Shown here: positions 24,036 to 36,739 of the stretch, piece by piece
How the letters are laid out: each line of letters starts with the position of its first letter
Position numbering within the stretch: position 1 is the stretch's first letter
From: Octopus bimaculoides
Lineage: Eukaryota
Reading direction: 5' to 3'
Assembly (NCBI RefSeq): GCF_001194135.2
Contig: NC_068988.1
Span: forward strand, 57,739,300-57,803,299
DNA length: 64,000 nt
Program-made: the position numbers and the translations under genes
Notes under the pieces: generated by a model
Database searches by the model: none
Told to the model about the DNA's origin: nothing
What the model saw: only the letters and a program-made list of their open reading frames with translations

Positions 24036-24794
24036 TATTCTAGTTTTGATGACAAAATGACAGATAATATTTGCAGCAATGTTGAGATGCAGAATATAAT
24101 GCTTAGCAGGAGTTAAGATAATATTCAACCTGCTACATTCTGATTTCAAATCCCATCAAGGGGGTCAGCATAGTCTTTCATCCCTCTGAGGGGTTGATGG
24201 AATAATGAATAAATAACAGTAAGGTCAATTCAATTAACAGCAACAAAGCATTCCACTGTGAAAATTAACCATTTTACCACATCAAAAGAAATCAATTATA
24301 TCGAACAAAAGAGCCTGTATACCAATGCTTTTTCAATCTTTTAAAGATGACAGTATGCTTTCCTTTCACTAAAATTAAGATAACATATAAATAAAATTAA
24401 TTTTTAATTAAATATTGTAAATATACACTGAGAGATGTGAGACCTGCTAGAAATAAGAAACAAAGCTCCCTCAAATCACACTCTGTCATCATCAGTGATG
24501 TTTTTATATTCATGCATTTCGTGCTAGTTTGTGATAGAATAAGTCTTCTGGGGCTTCTGTTCTATGGCTGGCTCCACTTCCTGACACCAGATTTTAATTG
24601 TTTACAAGTAAGGTGTTTTATGTCACATTTTTGCGGTCAAATTACTGAGTTGTGTCTATCCCACATTGTTTATGTGGGAGATAAACAATATCTCTATTGT
24701 CCAGGTGATCCCAGTGTGAAAACACACGATAACAAACACAGACGGGCATGTGGTGAGGTGCGTGTATGTGTGATTGCATATTCATTGATATACA

Positions 24795-24975
24795 TGGTGG
24801 AAGTTGACTCATGGTGCTATCTAGATTTAATACACTTGATGAGAAAGTAAGTTATGGACTTTCTAAGGCTCGTGGTGCATTTGGAAAGCCTGAATTGAGG
24901 CTGTGACCACAATCAGATATCAAAGAAGAAATGAAAGTTGAGGTGTATCAAGCATGTTTCTTAACTATGCTGTTG
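24795..24975 (+). pseudogene. RTE-clade RT fragment (post-domain-7 region)
   Basis: VEVDSWCYL...[46 protein letters not shown] resembles RTE F.YLGS...I.KA..AFG.L...W...I....K..VY...VL..LLYG. Confidence 0.65.
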
Positions 24976-25669
24976 TAAAAGAATAAAAGGATACATTTAT
25001 ATGTGCACCTGGCCTTCCATACAGCCTCTGTCAATGAAATTTCAATCACAAGGCATTAGGAAATCCATGGATACCAAAAAAGATACAAGTCCAAGATGCC
25101 ACAATGTGGATGCAAATCAAAAATGATGAAGTTGTAAAGCAAAATTCATAACCACCCACACAGTGATGTCTACTGTCTTAAAAATGGAAGATCATATTAG
25201 ACACTTGTCTGTAATCTTTTGAGGATGATGTCACGCATTTGTTTCACTAAAAAATGAGATGACAAACAATAAATAGACAATATTTTTTAATTAAATATCG
25301 NNNNNNNNNNNNNNNNNNNNNNNNNNNNNNNNNNNNNNNNNNNNNNNNNNNNNNNNNNNNNNNNNNNNNNNNNNNNNNNNNNNNNNNNNNNNNNNNNNNN
25401 NNNNNNNNNNNNNNNNNNNNNNNNNNNNNNNNNNNNNNNNNNNNNNNNNNNNNNNNNNNNNNNNNNNNNNNNNNNNNNNNNNNNNNNNNNNNNNNNNNNN
25501 NNNNNNNNNNNNNNNNNNNNNNNNNNNNNNNNNNNNNNNNNNNNNNNNTAAAAAATGAGATGACAAACAATAAATAGACAATATTTTTTAATTAAATATC
25601 GGTCATTAAACAGAAAGGTGTAATTGATGTCACATGTGTGAGTAAGCATATTTGGTCAAAATAAGTAAT

Positions 25670-25890
25670 CATCATCATCATTGTTTAACGTCTGCTTTCT
25701 ATGCTAGCATGGGTTGGACGATTTGACTGAGGACTGGTGAGCCAGATGGCTACACCAGGCTCCAATCCGATCTGGCAGAGTTTCTACAGCTGGATGCCCT
25801 TCCTAACGCCAACCACTCCGAGAGTGTAGTGGGTGCTTTTACGTGCCACCGGCACGAAGGCCAGTCAGGAGGTACTGGCAACGGCCATTG
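25670..25890 (-). mobile_element. SINE-A 3' half
   Basis: High-identity tail plus GGGTGCTTTTACGTGCCACCGGCAC module. Confidence 0.9.
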
Positions 25891-26571
25891 CAAATAGGAA
25901 AAACACTAGAGATAAAATATTCTGACTCACAACGGACAATTTCACAACACACACACATCAGAAATTATTGTACTATGTGGTCGTTCAACTTGCTAGGAAT
26001 AGCAGTCAAATGTTCCTCAAGTCACTTAGAAAGATCTTTAAAAAAGAATAGTATAGTCTTAGACAATACTGTGATAGATATACAGGGAGGCAAGATAGTC
26101 ATGGTTAGTTCACCTTTGATCATAATTTTGCTTGATAACAGCTAACAAGAGGGTTAATCATCAACTACAACAAATCAGTTGTCTTTCAGAGGGTTAAAAA
26201 CTAACAGCTTCCAATATTTTTATCATAAAATTATTTACCAATTCTTCATCACAAGAATATCAACATCATTTCATTAACCTAACTTTGGAGAAAATTGAAG
26301 TTTAAAATCAATCAATCTTAATTAATTAATGTGTACCTGTTCCTGTACTTTTGAGTGCGTGTGTAAACCGTGTTTGTTGTGTGTACTTGTGTGGGTATAC
26401 CCATGCATGTGTGTGTAAATACACATGCATGTTTGTATGTATGTGTGTAAATACACTGGCATGTTTGTATGTATATGTGTATAAGTGTGAACATGTGTAT
26501 GCATTTACTTGTGTATGTATGCGTAAGTGTGTATGTCAATGTGTGTGCGTGTTTATGTTTGTGTACTTCTC

Positions 26572-26602
<31 letters not shown>

Positions 26603-27441
26603 GTGTGTGTGCATGCATGTATGTGTATATGTATGTCTGTATTAATATTTAAGTTCTTTTCTCTCTCTCTTTCTGTCTCTCTCCCCCTCTCTCTCCTATT
26701 TCACTCTCTCCCACCTCTCTCTCTCTTTCTCTCTCCTTCCCCTCTCTCTTCCTCCCCATCTCCCTCTCTCGTACCCTCCTCTCTGTAGAAAGAGCATGTT
26801 ACTAACATGCATCTATGGTAGGAGGTAACCAAAGTGAGGAAATACTAATCAGAGGAATGAGGCTGGCTGGCTGGCTAGTGACNNNNNNNNNNNNNNNNNN
26901 NNNNNNNNNNNNNNNNNNNNNNNNNNNNNNNNNNNNNNNNNNNNNNNNNNNNNNNNNNNNNNNNNNNNNNNNNNNNNNNNNNNNNNNNNNNNNNNNNNNN
27001 NNNNNNNNNNNNNNNNNNNNNNNNNNNNNNNNNNNNNNNNNNNNNNNNNNNNNNNNNNNNNNNNNNNNNNNNNNNNNNNNNNNNNNNNNNNNNNNNNNNN
27101 NNNNNNNNNNNNNNNNNNNNNNNNNNNNNNNNNNNNNNNNNNNNNNNNNNNNNNNNNNNNNNNNNNNNNNNNNNNNNNNNNNNNNNNNNNNNNNNNNNNN
27201 NNNNNNNNNNNNNNNNNNNNNNNNNNNNNNNNNNNNNNNNNNNNNNNNNNNNNNNNNNNNNNNNNNNNNNNNNNNNNNNNNNNNNNNNNNNNNNNNNNNN
27301 NNNNNNNNNNNNNNNNNNNNNNNNNNNNNNNNNNNNNNNNNNNNNNNNNNNNNNNNNNNNNNNNNNNNNNNNNNNNNNNNNNNNNNNNNNNNNNNNNNNN
27401 NNNNNNNNNNNNNNNNNNNNNNNNNNNNNNNNNNNNNNNNN

Positions 27442-27498
<57 letters not shown>

Positions 27499-27505
27499 TA
27501 ATAAC

Positions 27506-27559
<54 letters not shown>

Positions 27560-27560
<1 letters not shown>

Positions 27561-27650
27561 GTTTCAAATTTTGCCACAAGGCCAGCAATTTTAGGGGTGG
27601 TGTTAAGTCGATTACATCGACCCCAGTGTTCAACTGGTACTTATTTTATA
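27560..27650 (-). mobile_element. SINE-C 3' fragment (rare minus-strand copy)
   Basis: GGTTTCAAATTTTGCCACAAGGCC...ATCGACCCCAGTGTTCAACTGGTACTTATTTTAT. Confidence 0.7.
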
Positions 27651-27679
27651 GCCTGGAAAATTTGTAAATACTCCTAAAA

Positions 27680-27927
27680 CTGTAATTCTCAATTGGGGTC
27701 CATATAAGAATTTTGGGGATCCATGTAACAAAATAGTAAATTGGGGATCCACAAAAGTATTCTAAGGGCCCCTGAAAAAATTTTGCTTTAGATGTATGTG
27801 TTTGTATGTATTGTAAGAAACAGCTGGATTTCTTTCTCTGACATTTTGCATCGAATGGCTAAGGGGTCCACCAGAATAAAATAGCAATCAAAGAGGTTCA
27901 TAAATAAAAATTGGTTGAGAACCCCTG
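27680..27927. mobile_element. hAT (Charlie-like) MITE
   Basis: Ends CTGTAATTCTCAA / TTGAGAACCCCTG; 8-bp flanks TCCTAAAA and TCCTTGAA, each one change from TCCTAGAA. Confidence 0.7.
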
Positions 27928-28195
27928 TCCTTGAAGAGAGAAAAAAAGGTTGCCAGCAGGTGGCTACAGAAAATCAAACCCTGTATCCCTCAGATACCAG
28001 CTGAGCATTCTGTACCATTAAACCAAGCAGACCTTAACAACAATTACTGTCTATTATAAAGCTAAATAGTAGCTTTTGGAATGTAAAAGCAAATATATTA
28101 AGTTAATGAGAGGAAAGAGAAGAATACACAGAATGGGGAAAAAAAAATAGGAAAAGGCAGAAACAATAGTAAAATTAGTAGAATAGTTATAACAG

Positions 28196-28233
<38 letters not shown>

Positions 28234-28499
28234 ATTTCAACGGTATACACTATTAATAATGTAAAACTATTCAACAGGACTTATATTAACAATGATCTTC
28301 TGCAAATATAACCATGTTAAACAAAGAATTTCAGAATCGGAAATTGGAATTAAAAGACTCACCATCTGGCACATCAATATTTCTTTTATAATTCATGTTA
28401 TTTCTTTGTAAGGAATGCAAACAGAATAATACCCTATTATTAAGTACTTTGTTTACCAAAACTAAAAACTGGTTTTTAATTATAATTACATGTATTTAG

Positions 28500-28800
28500 C
28501 AAAGATGCATGGCCGAGTCATTAGGCATGTTGCACTCACGATTGTGACATCGTGATTTCAATTCCCAGACCAGCTACATGTTATGTCCTTGAGCAAGGTA
28601 CTTCATTTCATGTTGCTCCAGTCCACTCAGCTGTAAATTAGTGACCCCCATGACAGACTAGCCTTCTGATCAGGTGGAATGTTGGCCTACTTGCCTAGTC
28701 AGCAGGGTAGCATCATTCAAAAGCTAAAACAATGGAAAGTGCACTGTGACTAGTGATGTATAACAACACTTGATAGTCCAGTTGATTAAAGGATCACATA
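28500..28800 (+). mobile_element. tRNA-headed SINE (family F variant)
   Basis: GCATGGCCGAGT head; TCCTTGAGCAAGGTACTTCATTTCATGTTGCTCCAGTCCACTCAGCTG central domain. Confidence 0.6.
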
Positions 28801-28877
28801 ATATGGATTAAAGTAATGAATTGCTAGAGTCTTTAGAGTGTCTGTGAGCAGAAGGAGTCCATTAACCTGTAGGGAGT

Positions 28878-29170
28878 AATTCATCTAGGGGAAGGAAAAC
28901 TCTGATTCCAAACTTCCACTACTTTGTGGCTATACCCAGCCATGGAAAAGGCTTTGAGAATAAACCCTATAGGAAAAAAATCACAAGCCAGAGCCCCTGA
29001 GGGAAAATTTGGAGTCAGATCCCCTATGGCAGGTTGACATGGTCTACAACCTCATTCTGGCAGCTCCTGTGACAACACTGGTGCCTAATTATGACAGCCA
29101 TGCTGTTCCCTTGGATCTATCAGTAACATAAACAATAGGGTACATGCTGCATGGGCAACAACCTGTCTTC
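28878..29170 (+). mobile_element. RTE LINE 5'UTR-like remnant
   Basis: TCTAGGGGAAGGAAAACTCTGATTCCAAAC...GGCAGCTCCTGTGACAACACTGGTGCC...GTTCCCTTGGATC; the second half is homologous to the SINE-D body. RTE assignment is from memory. Confidence 0.5.
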
Positions 29171-29506
29171 CATGCCATACTGCCCCAGACTTGGATCCTA
29201 TCAAAGACTCTACACAGGAGAGATTGAACCAGATAACAGGACAGAGAGAACACTCTGGCTTCATCTATGGCATTAGGACAACACAGAGAAGAATAGTTAC
29301 CTGTGATAAATCATCATTACAACTTATACAGCACCAGGACAGCTCAGAAGTGCAGATAGTGTAACAGAGACTGCTATTCATGTATTGGACTATTTAGCCA
29401 CAGGCAACACTGTCCAAGCTTTGATAAAAGAAAATAGAAGAGGATCAGTCAATTATGATTTCATTCAACATATTCTCCTCTCAGATTTGCACACTTATTG
29501 CAGCAG

Positions 29507-29564
29507 TTGGGTTAGGGTTAGGGTTAGGGTTAGGGTTAGGGTTAGGGTTAGGGTTAGGGTTAGG
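29507..29564 (+). repeat. Interstitial telomeric repeat (TTAGGG)n
   Basis: TTGGG + 8 perfect TTAGGG (29512-29559) + TTAGG. Confidence 0.95.
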
Positions 29565-29609
29565 CCTTTCACAATACCCTTAAAGCCAGGAACTTTTTAA
29601 CACTCCTTC

Positions 29610-29647
<38 letters not shown>

Positions 29648-29889
29648 TATATCTATATATATAACTACATGTTGTTGACAAAGTTTTCTGCTTTGTAAAG
29701 GTAATTTATCCACTATTTCTGCTGTTCTAATGGCAATTCTGCATTTGAAAAAATATCTAATTTGTAAAAAAAACACATAATACACACACACGCACACAGG
29801 TCACTGCAATGCACTGATTCGGACATGTATTTATATGCATAGATAGGACCTTTATCCATAGTCATTAATGACAGACAAATGCTAAAGAA

Positions 29890-30150
29890 GTAGTGTCTGA
29901 CAGGACCTGGCAAGCCAGGGAGCTGCACCAGGCTCAACTCGTCCGTTTCAGCATTGTTTCTATGTCTGGATTCCCTTCCTAATGCCAATCACTTTACATA
30001 GAGTACTGAGTGTTTTGTATGTGGCATGATAGAACCAGTGTTCTACATGTGGCACCAGCACCAGTGGTTTATATGTGGCATCAGCATGGATGCTTTATAC
30101 ATGGTACCAGCATGGTTGCTTTTTATGTGGCACCAGCATGTATGTTTTAT
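29890..30150 (-). mobile_element. SINE-A-related copy with ~26-bp tandem array
   Basis: CTGGATTCCCTTCCTAATGCCAATCAC followed by about 5 copies of GTGYTTTTATGTGGCACCAGCA. Confidence 0.6.
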
Positions 30151-30599
30151 TTAATTTCAAGAGTTGGCTATAATTATCTAATGCATATGTATGTGTGCAT
30201 GTGTGGCTGTGTGAGAGAGCATGAGTGTGTGTGTGTGTGAGCATGCGTGTGTGTGCATGCGTGTGTGCGGGTATGCCTCTATGCATGCATGTGTGTGTGT
30301 GTGTGTGATATTGTAAACAGCGACAGACATTAAATAAAATGACCTCTATCAAATTTCCTCCATCCTAAAATACCAACACCAACCTATCCCCTGTTGTATT
30401 GTGACCCTTACCAATCCTTCTTAATTTTAAACAGTTCTGACTGTATACTAATTGCAATAACAACCCCTTGTTATTCAATGGTGGTGGTGGTGGTGGTGGT
30501 GGTGGTGGGTGGGGTGATCACCCTATCTGATTGGATCTAGAAAAGAGCTATGGCCATTGACCCTACATCATCAGACTTAACTAATGTAACAGAGAATTT

Positions 30600-31481
30600 T
30601 TCTATACATACATACATACATACAAATGCACATAAACACACACACACAAGTACTGATACACGCATTCACACTCCTTCTTACACATGCACAGAAGACATAT
30701 ACACATACCCATTCTTTTCTATACATGTACACACACACAGTTTCACATTCACTCTTGCATACACATACACTTATTCTATTGTACACACACATAAATGCAA
30801 ACTCAAATACACACTCTCTCTCTTTCGCATATACACATAATCTTTTTTTACACACACACACACATACACATATGCACACACACACACACGCACACACTGA
30901 CACTCTCATGCACACACATACTCTATCTCCTTTACACACACATACACACTTTCTCTCTCTTTCTCACACACACTCTCATGCACACACACTCTCTCTCTCC
31001 TTCACACACACACACACTCTCATGCACACATACACTCTCTCTCTCCTTCGCACACACACACACACACACACTCACACACACTATCATGCACACACATACT
31101 CCCTCTCTTTACACACACATAAACACACACACTCTCTCTTTCTCACATACACACACACAAATACACACATACTATCATGCACACAGTCTCTAACAGACAC
31201 ACACGCACTAAAACAAATACATATACTCACACAAACACATCCCTAAATATTCACACACACAAGCATATACAAACACATACACACACATGTACTTCCATAC
31301 TTACTAACTACTACAAATATATACATACACATACATGCAAACATACATATATATATATATACATATACACACACACATACATATGTACGTCCACACATAC
31401 ATAGATACATATATCATCTTACATACACATGTATATATATGTATATACATATACACATACATACATACATACATACATACA

Positions 31482-31517
<36 letters not shown>

Positions 31518-31540
31518 CATGCATACATACATACAAATTC
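30600..31540. repeat. Compound (CA)/(CT)/(TACA) microsatellite field
   Basis: Direct reading. Similar fields at 35160-35470, 37585-37950, 42870-44430, 45910-46450, 52320-52955, 56030-56560, 62170-62965. Confidence 0.95.
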
Positions 31541-31894
31541 ATGTAAATATATTCCTTCTTTCAAGTAAGGCGATCTGAGGTAGTTACCATACACCACCCC
31601 ACCGCCTCTTCAAGAGGTCATACACCACTCTCAACCCCCACATGTCAGTGAGTGAAAATTAAGTTGAAAACAAACATTAAATTTGACATTGTGACATTCA
31701 CTCAATGCAATTTGAGTTCAATTTTCTGTGGAATACAATAATGGAGAAGATGCAGCTGAATAGTATTTTCATGTTAATGTTCTTGATCTTGTCTGTGTCC
31801 TGAATATGGCTTTAAACTACATCTGGTTGTAGGATCCTGGTTCAAGAATTTTGAATTTTTGAAGAACCACTTCTTAGTCAATATTGTCCCAAGT

Positions 31895-32125
31895 TCAAGG
31901 CGGTGAGCTGACAAAATCGTTAGCATGCCGGATGAAATGCTTAGCAATATTTCGTCTGTCTTTACATTCTGAGTTCAAATTCTGCCGAGGTCAACTTTGC
32001 CTTTCATCTTTCGGGGGTCGAAAAATTAAGTACCAGTTGCATACTGGGGTCAATCTAATTGATTCGCTCCCCTCTCCCCCCACAAAAAATTTCAGGCCTT
32101 GTGCCTGGAGTAGAAAAGAATATTA
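31895..32125 (+). mobile_element. SINE-C, full length
   Basis: GGCGGTGAGCTGACAAAATCGTTAGC...GAGTTCAAATTCTGCCGAGG...TAGAAAAGAATATTATT. Confidence 0.9.
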
Positions 32126-32182
32126 TTCCAAGTTCTACTCCGACTCAAAGCAGTTGCATCTTTAAGGGTCCCAGCTTTGAGA

Positions 32183-32480
32183 AGGCACATGGCCTAGTGG
32201 TTAGGGTATTTTGCTCATGATCATAAGGGTGTGAGTTCAATTCCCAGCAATGCATTGTGTCCTTGAGCAATGCACCGCCGGGTTGTTCCAGTCTGCTCAT
32301 CTAGCAAAAATGAGTAGTACCTGTAGTTCAAAGGGCCAGCCTTGTCACATTCTTTGTCATGCTGAAAATCCCTGAGAACTACATTAAGGGTATATGTGTC
32401 TGTGGAATACTCAGCCACTTCCACACATGTTGATTTCATGAGCAGGCTGTTCTGTTGATTGGATCATCTGGAACCCTGAC
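32183..32480 (+). mobile_element. tRNA-headed SINE family G
   Basis: GGCACATGGCCTAGTGGTTAGG head, TGTGTCCTTGAGCAA central domain, distinct 3' body TTCAAAGGGCCAGCCTTGTCAC...CTGGAACCCT also seen at 44465-44630(-). Confidence 0.7.
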
Positions 32481-32712
32481 AGAGTGAAAACTGGATCTAG
32501 TGGGCTCTGGGGAAGAAACCTTCATGATTCATCAAATAGGAAGACAGATGCTGCAATGCACTGTGGAGTGCAGATAAGACAAGTAAGACATCTTGGTCAT
32601 CCCCTGCATCCATCTCCATCCCCAGTTATCTTGATCCGGTCTTGACCTGACCTTGCCACTGGTCACTAGCTAGCAAATGACGTTGACAGAGCACAACTCT
32701 TCTTCACTTTAA

Positions 32713-32932
32713 CTCTTTTAATACCAACCCACCTAATACTGTCCTGGAGCCTTTAATACAAACTTCCAGCCTTAAAATGATTTAAATTAAATTCTTCTAT
32801 CAAAGCTTCATAGTAATTCACTTCCCAAAAACCAGCTTAACAATGACAATCATTTTAATAAATTCTTCATTATTCTAAGAATCAAATGAAACAAAGGCAG
32901 GGCATTTCAAGAGAAATTTGGCAACAAAAGGG
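32713..32932. mobile_element. piggyBac-like MITE
   Basis: TTAA-CTCTTTT...AAAAGGG-TTAG (degenerate CCCTTT/AAAGGG TIR and TTAA TSD). Confidence 0.55.
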
Positions 32933-33084
32933 TTAGACAAAGTCGCTGAGTAACTAAGCAGTCTTCCTTAAGGATGGTCCTTGTCACTCCAACAGACACA
33001 AATGTTGTTTATCCACAGGTGAGTAATTCTGCTTGGTCTACTTACATTGTGCAATGAATCTATTTTTAAAGTAATATAATAATA

Positions 33085-33296
33085 CAGGGTGTCCACAAAG
33101 TCTGGGTACATGGGGATTAACACATACTTTAAGAAATTATTATTTGTTATATTTAATCGTTTATGTTATGATTTTATTTACTCCATGTACCCACATGGGG
33201 ATTAACACATACTTTAAGAAATTATTATTTCTTATATTTAATTGTCTATGTTATTATTTTATTTTTTTTATGTACCCAGACTTTGTGGACACCCTG
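33085..33296. mobile_element. Tc1/mariner MITE with perfect 27-bp TIRs and 85-bp internal duplication
   Basis: CAGGGTGTCCACAAAGTCTGGGTACAT / ATGTACCCAGACTTTGTGGACACCCTG, TA on both sides; the internal unit repeats at 33109 and 33194. Confidence 0.9.
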
Positions 33297-33719
33297 TATA
33301 ATGGGGATTTAGCTGCTATTTCTAGCAGCCATGTGAAGATTCCCATGGTTACATGTTTAGTATAAATTGTTGCTGCTGTTGTTTATTTTTTAGTCAATCT
33401 TTATTGTACAGACGCAGACCTAAACCTATGATCAAAAACACTCCTGCCATGACCATCCTACTTTTTGGGGGGTTTTTTCCCTGCATTATGTACTCTTGAC
33501 GTCACTAGTTAGTATGTCCCTCCTTATTTTTCATGTGGTAGGATGTGATAACAAAGATTTTTAGCTGCTATTTCTAGCATGTCAAGTAGGCATATAGAGG
33601 TCTCCTTTGTTATAAAGAAGATGAGTGATATAAGGTATTAGGGCAACAATAGTAATAAAGGATATTAGAGTAGCAACATTGATGGAGACATTTAGAGCAG
33701 CCACTGCAATGGTAGGCAT

Positions 33720-34175
33720 AAAGACAACAGGTGGGGCTGTATCATTCCAACCATACGGTCTTCGGTTCAATCGGACAAGTGTGTTTTATTACAGAATCGG
33801 GCCAACTAAAGCCTTGTGAGTGAATTTGCTAGTTGGAAAAGTGTGTATGCGCGCGCGTGTGTGTGTGTGTGTGTGTGCACGTGTGTGTGCATGTGTGTAT
33901 GCGTGTGTGTGCATGTGTATGCGTGTGTGTGTATGTGTGTGTGTGTGTGTGTGTGTGTCTTTGTGCTTGTACTATGTTTGTCCCCACCATCCTTGACAAC
34001 TGGTGTGGGTTTGTTTATGTCTCCGTAACTTAGTGGTTCAGCAAAAAAATTCGATGAAATAAGTAACAGGCTTAACAATAATAAGTACCAGAGTCAATTT
34101 GTTTGACTAAGCCCTTCGTGGCAGTTCTTGCATGGCCGCCATCCAATGACTGAAACAAGTAACAGATAAAAAGTA
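33720..34175 (+). mobile_element. SINE-B (rare plus-strand copy), internal (TG)n expanded
   Basis: AAAGCCTTGTGAGTGAATTTG...CGTAACTTAGTGGTTCAGC...AATGACTGAAACAAGTAA. Confidence 0.75.
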
Positions 34176-34874
34176 CTACTAGATTAGCTGAAGTGATTGG
34201 AGGCAGCAGCAGCAGCAGCAGGGATGGAGGGAGGTAAGTACACCACCAGCATCACCTCAATAGTCACTCTCAATACTGCCATAGTATTTTACGTAGGTGT
34301 GAGAGAGGTGGGAGGGAGATGGGGGAGGGGGAGAAGGGGAGAGAGGGAGATGAGGAAAGAGGGAGAAGGGGAGAGATGGAGAAGGAGATAGAGAAAGGTG
34401 AGGAGTATATACACACACACACACACACACACACGTGTGTGTGTGTGAGTTTTGTAAAGACTGATAACAAACCAATTACTTTTACAGAGAAACAATTAAA
34501 GTTTAAATAAAATGTCACATTTTGGACTTTTCATTAACTGGTGGCGGGTGGGGGGTATGGGGTGTTTTTTGTTGTTATTTATGTATTATTTTATAATTTT
34601 TTTTTTCTTTAAGGTCTTGAAAGAAAATTTGTTTTACAAATATTACTCTCCCTCTCTCTCTCTCCTGTTCTGTTTGTCTCTTTTTCTCCTTCATTTCTCT
34701 CTGTGCATCTCCCTTCTACTCACCATTGCTTTTCTCTTTTCCTNNNNNNNNNNCCCTCTCTCTCTCTCCTGTTCTGTTTGTCTCTTTTTCTCCTTCATTT
34801 CTCTCTGTGCATCTCCCTTCTACTCACCATTGCTTTTCTCTTTTCCTCTTTCTGCCTCACTCTTTCCTTCTCTC

Positions 34875-34924
<50 letters not shown>

Positions 34925-36187
34925 CCCTTCTATACTCTTATTACTACTCTTCCACTAATCTGCTCTCTCTCTCTCTCTCTCTCTCTTTCTTCCTTTCTCT
35001 TTCTTCCTTTCACTTTCTCTCCTCTGCCAACAGTCCCTATCGCTCATCCATCACTCTCCACCTCCTTACACTTTTCTCTCTCACCCTCTCTCTTTTTCTC
35101 TCATTCTCTCCCCCCACTCTCTCCCTCTCTATCTATCTATCTTCTCTTTGATTCTCTTTCACCCACATACACACACACACATGCATGCACACACATGCAC
35201 TCATGCACACACACACACACATGCACACACATACACGCATATACACACATGCACATGCACAAACATACACACATTCTCACACACACACTTGCACACACAC
35301 GCATGCACATACACACACATGCACACACACATACATGCACACACATGCACATGTACATGCACACACACAAACACATGCACATACATGCACATATATGCAC
35401 ATACTTGCACACACACATGCATATACATGCACACACACATGCACACGCACACACACACACACACACGCATATAACAAAGAAGCATTTTATATTAGCATGG
35501 AAAAATGCTAATATAAAATGACGGGGGTTGTTAAGATGAACAATAACGATAAGAATTATTATTTGTGGCAAAAATGGTTACAGCGAATGGTCCTACTCTG
35601 AGTAGGGCCTGTAGGCTGGAGAGCAGGAGAGAGGGCTTGTACCTTTGGGGTTAGGTTAATCCTGGATCTGTAGGATACCTTGAGTGACCCTAGCTGGAGT
35701 TCCTTCTGTTTCAGGAATGGTGCATCATTCATACTATCACATACTTTGTATACTATATAAACATCTGTCGCATTTCACTGTCTTTTCTATTTTTTCTCTT
35801 GTCCCTTATGTAACTCCTCACACAAATTGCTGTCCACCCTTGTGATGCCCCCCNNNNNNNNNNNNNNNNNNNNNNNNNNNNNNNNNNNNNNNNNNNNNNN
35901 NNNNNNNNNNNNNNNNNNNNNNNNNNNNNNNNNNNNNNNNNNNNNNNNNNNNNNNNNNNNNNNNNNNNNNNNNNNNNNNNNNNNNNNNNNNNNNNNNNNN
36001 NNNNNNNNNNNNNNNNNNNNNNNNNNNNNNNNNNNNNNNNNNNNNNNNNNNNNNNNNNNNNNNNNNNNNNNNNNNNNNNNNNNNNNNNNNNNNNNNNNNN
36101 NNNCATATATGCTCCTGTGACTGATAGAAAGGATCGTCGTCATCGTCGTTGTCGTCGTCATCGTCGTTGTCGTCGTCATTATTATTT

Positions 36188-36355
36188 AGGTGGTGAGCTG
36201 GCAGAATTGTTACCATGCTGGAGGAAACGCTTAGAAGTATTCTGTCTGTCACTATGTTCTGAGTTCAAATTCCACTGAGATCAACTTTGCCTTTTGTCCT
36301 TTCGGTGTCAATAAATTAAGTACCAATGAAACACTGGGGGCGAGGTAATCAACTA
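36188..36355 (+). mobile_element. SINE-C
   Basis: GGTGGTGAGCTGGCAGAATTG head and C body. Confidence 0.8.
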
Positions 36356-36364
36356 GAAAGGATC

Positions 36365-36723
36365 ATTACTCCGCCTTAGCAAAGGCAGAGGTATTGTTTT
36401 CAGTCATGTTTGTTTGTTTGTCTGTTCGTCTGTGGACAAGATATCTCAAGAACCGCTGGATGGATTCAGATGAAACTTTTAGGGATGTTCGGCCTCGTGA
36501 CTGGCATGAGCTGATTAGATTTGGGGATTGATCTAGTACTAGACCAGGATTCTGGATTATTTTTCTTGTATTTTACTTTTTGAGAGCAGTTGGGTTCATT
36601 TTTAGTATTCTCGTTTGTGAGAGCTGTCAAGTTTATTTCATTTTAAAACTCATCTCTGGCTAGTCATTGAGAGGATGTTGGTGTCACCTTGCCAGAGGTT
36701 TGCACTCTCTGAGTGCTCTTGTT
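36365..36723 (+). mobile_element. Non-autonomous Helentron/DINE-1-like element (HINE)
   Basis: 5' ATTACTCCGCC...GGCAGAGG subterminal inverted repeat, (GTTT/GTCT)n, 3' GCCAGAGGT then hairpin GCACTC-TCT-GAGTGC and T-rich end: the established HINE architecture. Confidence 0.7.
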
Positions 36724-36739
36724 ATTATTATTTTAACTT

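Noticed and set aside
25248-25601. 53-bp identical repeat flanking a 248-N gap
   Set aside because: Same assembly artefact pattern.
28363-28403. Minus-strand 41-nt exon (NNMNYKRNIDVPD) with perfect G|GTGAGT donor
   Set aside because: The acceptor is an atypical AAG and the exon is short; cannot be separated from chance without RNA data.
34650-34847. 94-bp tandem duplication split by 10 Ns
   Set aside because: Same assembly artefact pattern.
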